Positions 39,045 to 47,474 of a stretch of 64,000 nucleotides of DNA are shown here, in pieces; positions within the stretch are counted from its first letter, which is position 1, and each line of letters starts with the position of its first letter. The translations under genes and the position numbers were made by a program. The DNA comes from Candidatus Multivoradales bacterium. Its GTDB lineage: Bacteria; Acidobacteriota; Thermoanaerobaculia; Multivoradales; Multivoraceae. The DNA is taken from contig CBDCWI010000002.1 of the NCBI GenBank assembly GCA_965223325.1, forward strand, positions 864,001-928,000. The letters run 5' to 3'. The notes below the pieces were generated by a model. That model was not told the DNA's origin. It searched no databases and saw only the letters and a program-made list of their open reading frames with translations.

Positions 39045-40397
39045 ATGACCAGCCCCGATCTGAAGGAGCGCCAACGTCGGTCGCCGCGAGAGCCTGGTCG
39101 CTCGATCCCTCTCATCGCTCTGGTTCTTCTCGTGCTGGTGGGCATCCATGGATGCACGTCTTCGTCTGAACGCGGCTCCATCTCACCGAGCGCAGCCGCC
39201 GACTGGCTCTCACCCGCCGTCAGCGGGGAGCGGCTTCTCCTGATTTCGATCGACGGCTTCCGGTGGGACTACCTCGAAGTCCACGACGCTCCGACCATCA
39301 GCCGCCTGGCTCGTCATGGCGTGCGCGCCCGGAGCCTCGAACCAGTCTTTCCCAGCAAGACGTTCCCGAACCACTACAGCATCGTCACCGGTCTGAGACC
39401 CGACCGACACGGCGTTGTCGCCAACGAGATGGTCGACGATCAGATCAGCGAGCGCTTTGCACTCTCGAACCGCGCGGCCGTCTCCGACGGGCGCTGGTGG
39501 GGTGGTGAACCAATCTGGGTGACGGCCGAACGCCAGGGCACCCACAGCGCGACGCTCTTCTGGCCCGGCAGTGAGGCCGAGATCGCCGGCTACCGGCCGC
39601 ATCACTGGCTCGAGTACACAACGAAGATGCCGGGCGAAGAACGAGTCGATCAGGTTCTCGACTGGCTCGACCGCCCGCCCGACGTGAGGCCCCGCTTCTT
39701 GACCCTCTACTTCTCAGAGGTCGACTCGGCCGGCCATGACTTCGGCCCGGGTGCGCCGGAAACCAGAGCGGCTATCCGCAACGTCGACCGTCACCTCGAC
39801 CGTCTGGTGCGGGGACTCGAAGCGCGAGGTCTCATCGGGCGCGATGGTCGACCGGTCGAGGGCGGCGTTCACATCATGTTGGTCTCCGATCACGGCATGG
39901 CCGCTATGTCGCGCGGACGCGCCGTGTTTCTCGAAGACGTCATCGACATCCAATCGGTCGACATCGTCACGCGCTCTTGCATCGCGATGATCAACCCGCG
40001 ACCGGGTACCGACCGTGGCGAGGTGATCAAGGCGCTCGAAACTCTCGACCACGTCGAGGTGTGGGCCAAAGAGGACATCCCTGAGGCGCTCGAGTTCGGC
40101 AAGCACCCGCGCGTGCCCGAAATCCTGATGGTCGCCGACGAGGGCTGGTGGATCGGTCTCACCCACGAACTCTTTGCCCACAAACGTTTCGCTCACGGAA
40201 TGCATGGCTTCGATCACCGGCTGCAGTCGATGCATGGGTTTCTCATAGCCCATGGCCAACGCTTCGGTGAAGGCCGCCAAATCGGAACGGTCAAGAACGT
40301 CGATCTCTACAACGTCATGGCCGAGGTTCTCAGCCTCGAACCGGCGCCCAACGAAGGCGCCCCGCCGGAGGCAACGGGGCTCCTCTACGACAGGTAG
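39045..40397 (+). CDS. Type I nucleotide pyrophosphatase/phosphodiesterase (ENPP family), probable lipoprotein
   Basis: ISIDGFRWDY, SKTFPNHYSIVTG, DSAGH, SDHGM, GMHGF. Confidence 0.92.
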   Translation: MTSPDLKERQRRSPREPGRSIPLIALVLLVLVGIHGCTSSSERGSISPSAAADWLSPAVSGERLLLISIDGFRWDYLEVHDAPTISRLARHGVRARSLEPVFPSKTFPNHYSIVTGLRPDRHGVVANEMVDDQISERFALSNRAAVSDGRWWGGEPIWVTAERQGTHSATLFWPGSEAEIAGYRPHHWLEYTTKMPGEERVDQVLDWLDRPPDVRPRFLTLYFSEVDSAGHDFGPGAPETRAAIRNVDRHLDRLVRGLEARGLIGRDGRPVEGGVHIMLVSDHGMAAMSRGRAVFLEDVIDIQSVDIVTRSCIAMINPRPGTDRGEVIKALETLDHVEVWAKEDIPEALEFGKHPRVPEILMVADEGWWIGLTHELFAHKRFAHGMHGFDHRLQSMHGFLIAHGQRFGEGRQIGTVKNVDLYNVMAEVLSLEPAPNEGAPPEATGLLYDR

Positions 40398-40414
40398 CCG
40401 GTAGCCGGTAGCAG

Positions 40415-41461
40415 CTAGCTACGGTAGCCGTCGGGGTTGTCGACCTGCCAACGCCAGTGGTCACAGCACATCGCGTTGAGATCACGCTCGGCACGCCAAC
40501 CCAACTCGGCTTCGGCGCGCGTTGGATCGGCCCAGATCGCCACTACGTCGCCGGGGCGCCGGCCAACGACTTCGCGAGGGATCTTCTGGCCGATCGCCTC
40601 CTCGACGCCGCGCACCATTTCGAGAACTGTGGTCCCGGTACCGGTACCGAGGTTGAAGGCGTGGCAACCCGGCCTGCTCTCGAGGTACTCGAGCGCTCGC
40701 AGGTGGCCGAGGACCAGGTCCACGACATGAATGTAGTCGCGGATGCAGGTACCGTCACGCGTCGGATAGTCGCCGCCGAAGACGCGCAGTCGCTCGTGTT
40801 TTCCGGCGGCGACCTGCATGATGAAGGGCATCAGGTTGTTGGGAACTCCGCGCGGATCTTCCCCGATGCGCCCAGAGAGGTGTGCGCCAACCGGGTTGAA
40901 GTAGCGCAGGAGCGCCACTCGCCACTCGGGATCGGCCGCCACCACATCGCGCAGAATGTCTTCGATGACCCGCTTGGTGTTGCCGTAGGGACTGGCTGCC
41001 GGGCGCAAGGGCGCCGTCTCGTCGATCGGCACACTGTCGGGCTCGCCGTAGACCGTGCATGAGGACGAGAACACCAGGCTCCTGGTCTCATGCGCGCGCA
41101 TGACCTCGAGCAAGGTGAGCGTGCCGCCGACGTTGTTGCGGTAGTACTCGAGCGGTTTCTCGACCGACTCACCCACCGCCTTCCAGCCGGCAAAGTGCAT
41201 GACCGAGTCGACCGGACGTTCGCTGAACGCTCGGTTGAGCGCCCGCTGATCGCAGATGTCGACCTGGACGAACTCGAGGTCCGGTTCAAGAGCGAGCTCG
41301 CGGCCAGACTCTCTGGCGATCGCCCGCACCCGATCGACGACTTCGATGAACGAGTTCGACAGGTCGTCGATGACGGTGACTGCGTGGCCGACGCCCAACA
41401 ACTCAACGACCGCGTGACTGCCAATGTAACCCGCACCGCCGGTTACCAGAACGTGAGCCAC
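40415..41461 (-). CDS. galE: UDP-glucose 4-epimerase
   Basis: TGGAGYIGSH, KAVGES, YGNTK, LRYFNPVGAH, PNNLMP, RDYIHV. Confidence 0.95.
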   Translation of the reverse strand: MAHVLVTGGAGYIGSHAVVELLGVGHAVTVIDDLSNSFIEVVDRVRAIARESGRELALEPDLEFVQVDICDQRALNRAFSERPVDSVMHFAGWKAVGESVEKPLEYYRNNVGGTLTLLEVMRAHETRSLVFSSSCTVYGEPDSVPIDETAPLRPAASPYGNTKRVIEDILRDVVAADPEWRVALLRYFNPVGAHLSGRIGEDPRGVPNNLMPFIMQVAAGKHERLRVFGGDYPTRDGTCIRDYIHVVDLVLGHLRALEYLESRPGCHAFNLGTGTGTTVLEMVRGVEEAIGQKIPREVVGRRPGDVVAIWADPTRAEAELGWRAERDLNAMCCDHWRWQVDNPDGYRS

Positions 41462-42372
41462 TACGAACCCGCTCTAAGGGAGGCGTCTTGCACCTCACGC
41501 TCGAGCTCTGTTCGCAAGACGTCCATGCGCGCCTGGTCGTCGTCGGGAACCTGCGGGTAGGTGGCGGCAAGTGAGCGGATCGAGCGCACCACGATGTCGG
41601 CAACCAGGGCCCGCATGGTGGGCTTGTGGTCGGCGGGAATGGCGTACCACGGTGCCCAGGGAACGGAAGTATGGCGGAGCGCGTCTTCGTAGGCTTCCAT
41701 ATAGGCATCCCAATGCTGCGCTTCCTCGAGGTCGCCCTCCGAGAACTTCCAGCGCTTCTCGGGTTCGACCAGCCGCGACAAGAAGCGTCGACGCTGTTCG
41801 CTTCGAGAAACGTTGAGAAAGAACTTGACGATCGCTGTGCCGTTGGCCGCCAGGTGGCGCTCGTGCGCCGCGATCGACCGCATGCGCTCGGCCCAGAAGT
41901 CCTCCTTGGCCTCCGGCATCACGACATGCGGCAGGCGCTGGCCAGCGACGATCTGCGGATGCACGCGCACCACCAACACTTCCTCGTAGTACGAGCGGTT
42001 GAAGACCCCGATCCGGCCGCGCTCGGGTACGCGCATCGAGGTACGCCACAAGAAGTCATGATCGATTTCACGAGCCGACGGTCGCTTGAACGCCATGACC
42101 TGGCAGCCGGCCGGATTCACGCCGCTCAGAAGACGTCTTATCGTTCCATCCTTACCTGCCGCATCCATGGCCTGAAAAATGAGCAGCACAGACCAACGAT
42201 CTTCCGCATAGAGCGCCTGCTGGAGCTCAGCGAGTTCGGCGACCGCGGCGCGAAGCATCTGCTTGGCGGCGCCCTTCGACGGAAACTCTCCAGGCGCTTC
42301 GGTCGGTTGCAGAGCGATCCGGAAGTCGCCGTCGGGCTCGACCAGGTAAGGGCTTGGGGCAGCTTCGAACAC
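41461..42372 (-). CDS. ppk2: Polyphosphate kinase 2 family (class III-like)
   Basis: FQAMDAAGKDG Walker A, FNRSYYEE, RWKFS, APWYAIPADHK. Confidence 0.9.
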   Translation of the reverse strand: MFEAAPSPYLVEPDGDFRIALQPTEAPGEFPSKGAAKQMLRAAVAELAELQQALYAEDRWSVLLIFQAMDAAGKDGTIRRLLSGVNPAGCQVMAFKRPSAREIDHDFLWRTSMRVPERGRIGVFNRSYYEEVLVVRVHPQIVAGQRLPHVVMPEAKEDFWAERMRSIAAHERHLAANGTAIVKFFLNVSRSEQRRRFLSRLVEPEKRWKFSEGDLEEAQHWDAYMEAYEDALRHTSVPWAPWYAIPADHKPTMRALVADIVVRSIRSLAATYPQVPDDDQARMDVLRTELEREVQDASLRAGS

Positions 42373-42534
42373 AGCGATCTCCCTGGAGGGTCCTAGAGGG
42401 CTCGAGAAGGAAAGGGTCTCCCTACCGCCAGTCAGCAGAAGAGACCGTGCCCCGGATCATAGCTGCCGGCCAGCCGTGTTGCGTCTCTCCGGTAGGCAAG
42501 TCCCGCGAGGCTGAGACGGCTAGAGGGTGGGGCC

Positions 42535-44631
42535 TCAACCCGCCTTGTCGACGAGAATCTCGTCGTAGCGAGAGGCCTCACGGCGCAGCCAGGGTTCGAG
42601 GCGCATGAAGACATCGATGATGAAGGGATCGAACTGACGACCTCGCTCCTCGGCGAGGATCGACAGCACCCGGTCGAGATCGACTCCTGGACGGTACGGC
42701 CGCGGTGAGCACAAAGCGTCGAAGACATCGGCGACCGCAAAGATGCGCCCATGAAGAGACAGCTCGGCGGACGGACGGCCACTCGGATAGCCGCCACCGA
42801 CGTACCACTCGTGATGTTCGAGCACGATCGGAATCACTTCCGAGAAGGACTCGATGGGCTCGAGAATCCGTGCACCGAGCTCCGGGTGCATCTCCATGTG
42901 GGCGCGTTCTTTGCCCGTGAGCTTGCCGGGCTTATCGAGAATAGAGAGCGGGATCCCGATCTTGCCGATGTCGTGCAACAAGCCGCCGCGATACAAAATG
43001 TCGAGCTCAGCCTCGGGCAGACCAAGAGTGGCGCCGATCCTCAGGCCGAGATCGGCAACCCGCTCGGAGTGACCCATCGTCCACGCCGACTTTGCATCGA
43101 CCGCACGCGCCATCGCCCGCAGGGTGCCGCGCGAAAGGCTCTCGAGCTCGCCCACCAGACGCAGGTTGGCGAACGCAACGCCCACCTGACCCACTACCTG
43201 TCGCAGGCGCCGACCGTTCTCGGCCCCGAGCGTCCAGGAGGGCTCACCGCCGACCGTCACCACACCGCGCACCGCACCGGAGCTCAGAATGGGGAGGGCG
43301 TAGGCGGGACCTGCCGGAAGCCCTCCGCTCTCTACCCAGCTCGGAACTCCCTCGAGCGCCCCCGCTTCATCGGCAATGCAACGCTCGACTTCGGCGCCCG
43401 GCATCGTGCAGAGACCGACCGAGGTCTCGCGATCCAAACCACCGATCCACTGCAGGCCCCGTCGATCGTTCTGGTCGCCGAGCAGAGCGATCGAAGCCCA
43501 ACGCCCTCCCGAGATCTTGCACAGTCCAGACATTGCGGACTCGATCAATGCATCGGGCTCGTTCAACGACAGGGCAACCTGCCCGAGCTGTTCGACAGCC
43601 GTCATGGTCTCGAACTGACTGGCGAGGTTGCCCGCCATGTCATTGAACGAGGCGGCGAGGTCTCCGAACTCATCGCCGGCCGGGACGACCACCGGCGTAT
43701 CGAAGTCGCGCTTGGCGATCCTGCGAGTGCCCGCCGCCAGCTGCTCGACCGGCTGTAGGCCGCGATGAATGAGACTCGAGCTACCGAGCATCGAGGCCAG
43801 GGCAGCGGAAACGATCAGGAGGAGGAACCAGGGCGTAAAGCTCTGCAAGGGAGCGAAGACCTCAGCGTAGGGCCGGCTGACAAAGATCCATAGGCCCGCT
43901 GCCCTGGCCGGCAAGGCCCAGGGACCTACCAGGTGCTCGCCCTTCGGGCTGTCGGCCGTGAAGGGCTGAAGACCTTTCAGGCCCACCGTGTCGACGACAC
44001 CGACGGGACTCGAACTGGCGATCACGCGGCCACCTTCCTGCCACCAGTGTTGTGCCTTCGCGACGTCTGTGCGGCGCGACCCCCACCACAGAAAGTCGCT
44101 GTCGACCTTCGCAGAGGCCACTCCAATCACGCCGTCAGCGTTCCAGGCGTGGCTGATGAGATAGAAGTCTCCCTCCACCAGCACCAGAACCGGCCTCGAG
44201 AGGCGCAGCGCTCGCTTTTGCGGCGGCGACAGGCGGTGGTTCTGTTGGCCGAGCTGGATCTCGTCATGACCGGTATCCGGCAGAAAAGCGAGAGCACTCA
44301 GTCGGTCGGTGTTGGCGCTCTCGATGAGCATTTGCGCTTCGACCGAAGTCAGATCCCGGGGAGTCGTCGCCGTCTCGGAGCGCAGAGGCGCCGCCGTTCG
44401 ATCGCGCAGGTCCTCGGCCAGGAGGTTCAGTCGCTCGAGAATCGCCATGCCCAGGTCACGCGCCTCAGCCGCCACCCGGTCGCCTCCCGTGCGATGAAGC
44501 TCCGCCCGCATCGAGAACCAGGTGACCCCACCCAGCACCACGAGCGGCAGAACGCCGCACAGCACAAACAGGGAGAACACGCGGCGCGCAACGCGGCTCT
44601 TGAAGAGGCGAGGATCAAAGCGCAGACTCAT
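42535..44631 (-). CDS. Membrane HAMP/GAF/HD-GYP cyclic-di-GMP phosphodiesterase
   Basis: 2 TMs, HAMP (DEFGDLAASFNDM), HSERV, HDIGK, HHE..GGGYP, DVFDAL. Confidence 0.9.
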   Translation of the reverse strand: MSLRFDPRLFKSRVARRVFSLFVLCGVLPLVVLGGVTWFSMRAELHRTGGDRVAAEARDLGMAILERLNLLAEDLRDRTAAPLRSETATTPRDLTSVEAQMLIESANTDRLSALAFLPDTGHDEIQLGQQNHRLSPPQKRALRLSRPVLVLVEGDFYLISHAWNADGVIGVASAKVDSDFLWWGSRRTDVAKAQHWWQEGGRVIASSSPVGVVDTVGLKGLQPFTADSPKGEHLVGPWALPARAAGLWIFVSRPYAEVFAPLQSFTPWFLLLIVSAALASMLGSSSLIHRGLQPVEQLAAGTRRIAKRDFDTPVVVPAGDEFGDLAASFNDMAGNLASQFETMTAVEQLGQVALSLNEPDALIESAMSGLCKISGGRWASIALLGDQNDRRGLQWIGGLDRETSVGLCTMPGAEVERCIADEAGALEGVPSWVESGGLPAGPAYALPILSSGAVRGVVTVGGEPSWTLGAENGRRLRQVVGQVGVAFANLRLVGELESLSRGTLRAMARAVDAKSAWTMGHSERVADLGLRIGATLGLPEAELDILYRGGLLHDIGKIGIPLSILDKPGKLTGKERAHMEMHPELGARILEPIESFSEVIPIVLEHHEWYVGGGYPSGRPSAELSLHGRIFAVADVFDALCSPRPYRPGVDLDRVLSILAEERGRQFDPFIIDVFMRLEPWLRREASRYDEILVDKAG

Positions 44632-44738
44632 GGCAGCTGCCGGCGGCCGAGCTGAAAGGCCGGTCCCCGCGTTGCCGCCACGCAACGATCCACAGCGCGG
44701 TGGGATTCCATGACAACCGGCAGCTCAGGCGTCACGCC

Positions 44739-45242
44739 TTAGTTGGCGTAGTCTTTGGCCAGTCCCACAAAATCTCCATCGTGGGCGCGAATGATGTCAT
44801 CTGGTGCCTTGTGGACCTGCTTATGCGTGTCTCCGTCGCGACCGATGCTGTAGAGGTCGTAGTCGGTATTGATCGGTACCTCAGAAAGGTTGTGCCGCGC
44901 CTTGCCCTTGTAGCCGTTGTCCTTGAACGGGTAGTACTCGTAAGGCTGGCCCCAGGGGTCGCGGGGAATGATCGGCGACGGGAGGTCCTCGAGACTGTCG
45001 GGAATATCGGCCTTGGCATCCATGTACAGGCTGATGTCGCGCTCGATGAGTCTGATGTCGGTGATCGCGCGCCGGACTTTGGTCTCGTGGAGGTAGCTCA
45101 AGAAGGTCGGAATCAACATCGCTGCCAGAACCCCCAGTAGCGCCACCGCAATCAGGAGTTCGAGCAGGGTGAATCCAGACGCGTCCTCGAGCACTCGTCG
45201 TAGCCGACGCAGCCGTTCGCTCATCATGCGACTGCCGTTCAT
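44739..45242 (-). CDS. GspG-like pseudopilin (prepilin N-methyl-Phe domain)
   Basis: G|FTLLELL cleavage motif; DPWGQPY and YDLYSIGRDG..DDI C-terminal motifs. Confidence 0.88.
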   Translation of the reverse strand: MNGSRMMSERLRRLRRVLEDASGFTLLELLIAVALLGVLAAMLIPTFLSYLHETKVRRAITDIRLIERDISLYMDAKADIPDSLEDLPSPIIPRDPWGQPYEYYPFKDNGYKGKARHNLSEVPINTDYDLYSIGRDGDTHKQVHKAPDDIIRAHDGDFVGLAKDYAN

Positions 45243-45748
45243 GGGAAGGGATCCCCGAAGCCGTCGTCGTCTTGCGGATTCTCTTCGCCGTCAGGGTCGT
45301 AGCCCGGGCGCGACGTCATCGAACCGCTGTTCAGAGATTGCTCGATGGCCAGACGCTGCTCCGCACGCTCGGCAGCGAGGACATCAGGTCGCAACCAGCG
45401 CGTCCCGCCGAACGCCAGCAGGGCCTCGCTCTTGACTCGGTAGCGCACGGAGAAGCTTGCCTCGACGTCGTCGTCGGTGAAGTTGATCTGGTAGCGCGTG
45501 ATGCCTTGTTCGGGCACCAGGAGGACTTCATCGACCCAGTAGGTGTGGACCTTGCCCGGACCGTTGATGACGGTGAACCGATCGAGCGAGAACTCGATGG
45601 AGTGCCCGTCATAGGGCCCGTCGCCGCTCTCCCAGGTTCCCAGGAGCTCGTCGGGAATCAGGTCGATGGAATCGGGTCGCTCCGCAAAGAGCTGCGGCAT
45701 TCCGACCAGGGCGACGGCAACTGCGAGGATGATGATGGTGAGTCGCAT
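45239..45748 (-). CDS. Hypothetical exported protein
   Basis: Signal peptide MRLTIIILAVAVALV; IPDELLGTW; ATGA overlap with the pseudopilin gene. Confidence 0.65.
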   Translation of the reverse strand: MRLTIIILAVAVALVGMPQLFAERPDSIDLIPDELLGTWESGDGPYDGHSIEFSLDRFTVINGPGKVHTYWVDEVLLVPEQGITRYQINFTDDDVEASFSVRYRVKSEALLAFGGTRWLRPDVLAAERAEQRLAIEQSLNSGSMTSRPGYDPDGEENPQDDDGFGDPFP

Positions 45749-45828
45749 GTTTGGGTGGAGTGCGTGTGAGGTTTGGTTGCGTGAACGGAGGCAGGGCACG
45801 ACCGGACAAAATCGGTCGTTCCTACTGA

Positions 45829-45860
45829 ATTATAATTAAAACAGTTTTACTTGTAAAACT
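45829..45860 (-). promoter_or_regulatory. Sigma70 promoter overlapped by a perfect palindrome
   Basis: Minus strand TTTACA-17 bp-TATAAT; AGTTTTAC-TT-GTAAAACT (45843-45860) covers the -35; AT-rich patch in a GC-rich region. Confidence 0.8.
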
Positions 45861-45980
45861 ACACCAGCACCCGGCTCCGCTGCAGAGCGGCAGAGGGGCT
45901 CAAACGACCGCCAACACGGTCCTTCCGCCTCCCGCGTGACAGCTCGAGCCCCGGTTCTGCGGTTCGGCGGTTCGGCTCGC

Positions 45981-47474
45981 TCAGCTGTAGGGGCTGACGA
46001 TGGCCAGCCAGGCGAGCACCACGAGGCACACGAGGTAGAGCTTGAAGAGCAGCGGCACGATGAAGCGCACCCATTGCTGGTAGGGGATCTTCGCCAGCAG
46101 CAGCATGCCCATCAAAAGCGCATTGGTGGGGACCAACATGTTGGTCAGACCATCCCCGAACTGATACGCAAAGACCGCGGTCTCGGCACCGAGGCCGGTC
46201 ACCTCGGCGAGCGGCGACATGATCGGCATGGTGACGTAGGCCTGGCCACTGCCCGACGGAATCAAGAAGTTACACACGCTTTGCACGACCAGCATTCCCC
46301 AGGCGCCGACCACCGAAGCGACGCCGGACCCGAGACCCTCGACCGACTGCAACGCGCTGGCGCAGGCGTGAATGATGGTGTGAATGACCTCGGCCTCTTC
46401 GAGCACCACTCCGATGGTGCGCGCGAAACCGATCAGAATCGCGGTACCCGAGAGCCCCGCCGCCCCTTCGATGAAAGCCCGGGCACCCTGGTTGGGTGAG
46501 ATGCGCGCCACTGCCATCGCCAACAGGGCCAGGGCCAGAAAGAGCGCCGCCAGCTCGACCATGAACCAGCCGTACTGTTTGGCACCGTAGACAAAGACGA
46601 GCAGCATGGCGACGAAGGCCACCAGAACCGCAACACGGGCCGACGTCAAACGAACGTCGTCGGGCATCGAGTAGCCCTCTGAGTAGTCGATGCCAGCCAC
46701 CAGGCTCTTCGTTGGATCGTCGCGCACTCGTTTGGCGTAGCGCATGACGTGGTGTACTCCGATCGCCAACATCACAACCAACAACCCCCAACGCAACCCA
46801 GCACCGACGAGCAGGGGCTGGTCGGCGATCTGTTTGGCGATCGCCACGGTGAAGGGGTTCATCGCCGCGCAGCCGTAACCAACTCCAGCGCCAACGTAGA
46901 CGATACCCATCGCAACCACCGCATCCATCCCCATCGCCAGACACATCGCGACCAGAATGGGAATGAAGGGCATGTACTCCTCGGCCATGCCGATCGTCGA
47001 ACTGCCGACGGCGAACAAAGCCGTCATGCCGGCGACCAGGAGCACCGGGCGCGAGCCCAGGGTGTTGATCGCAGAGCCAATCAACGCATCGATTGCGCCG
47101 GTCTTCTTGATCACTTCGATCACCCCACCGACGATCAGAACGAAGAAGATCACGTCGGCCGCCGCCTCGAGCCCCTTGGGAACCAGCGTCAGGGCAGCGT
47201 GCCAGGGCAACCTCTCAGCCGAGGTGCGATGGTAGCTCCCCGGGATCACCTCGCGACCCGGACGCTCGATCGTCGCACCCACAGGAAGAGTGAGTTCTTG
47301 ACCTTCGAGCCCCGGGACGACTTCGCCGGCCGGAACCGTCACCTCGAGCGGCGCTTCAATCTCCTCGGCCACGGGAGCGAAATCGTAGGCACCGGTCGGT
47401 ATGACGTAGGTCATCACCTGCGCAATGACGATCATCAAAAAGAGCAGCACCAGGGCGTCGGGAAAGCGTTTCAT
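45981..47474 (-). CDS. YfcC/DcuC-like transporter
   Basis: MAEEY, MNPFTVAIA, IPSGSGQA, AYQFGDG..N...PT. Confidence 0.88.
   Translation of the reverse strand: MKRFPDALVLLFLMIVIAQVMTYVIPTGAYDFAPVAEEIEAPLEVTVPAGEVVPGLEGQELTLPVGATIERPGREVIPGSYHRTSAERLPWHAALTLVPKGLEAAADVIFFVLIVGGVIEVIKKTGAIDALIGSAINTLGSRPVLLVAGMTALFAVGSSTIGMAEEYMPFIPILVAMCLAMGMDAVVAMGIVYVGAGVGYGCAAMNPFTVAIAKQIADQPLLVGAGLRWGLLVVMLAIGVHHVMRYAKRVRDDPTKSLVAGIDYSEGYSMPDDVRLTSARVAVLVAFVAMLLVFVYGAKQYGWFMVELAALFLALALLAMAVARISPNQGARAFIEGAAGLSGTAILIGFARTIGVVLEEAEVIHTIIHACASALQSVEGLGSGVASVVGAWGMLVVQSVCNFLIPSGSGQAYVTMPIMSPLAEVTGLGAETAVFAYQFGDGLTNMLVPTNALLMGMLLLAKIPYQQWVRFIVPLLFKLYLVCLVVLAWLAIVSPYS

Noticed and set aside
40393-40430. GGTAGCC mini-tandem at the convergent ENPP/galE stops, and GTAGCAGCCATG at 15221, as further repeat-family copies
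   Set aside because: Too short, with no partner arm or TTGCGGCGCAAG core; could be chance
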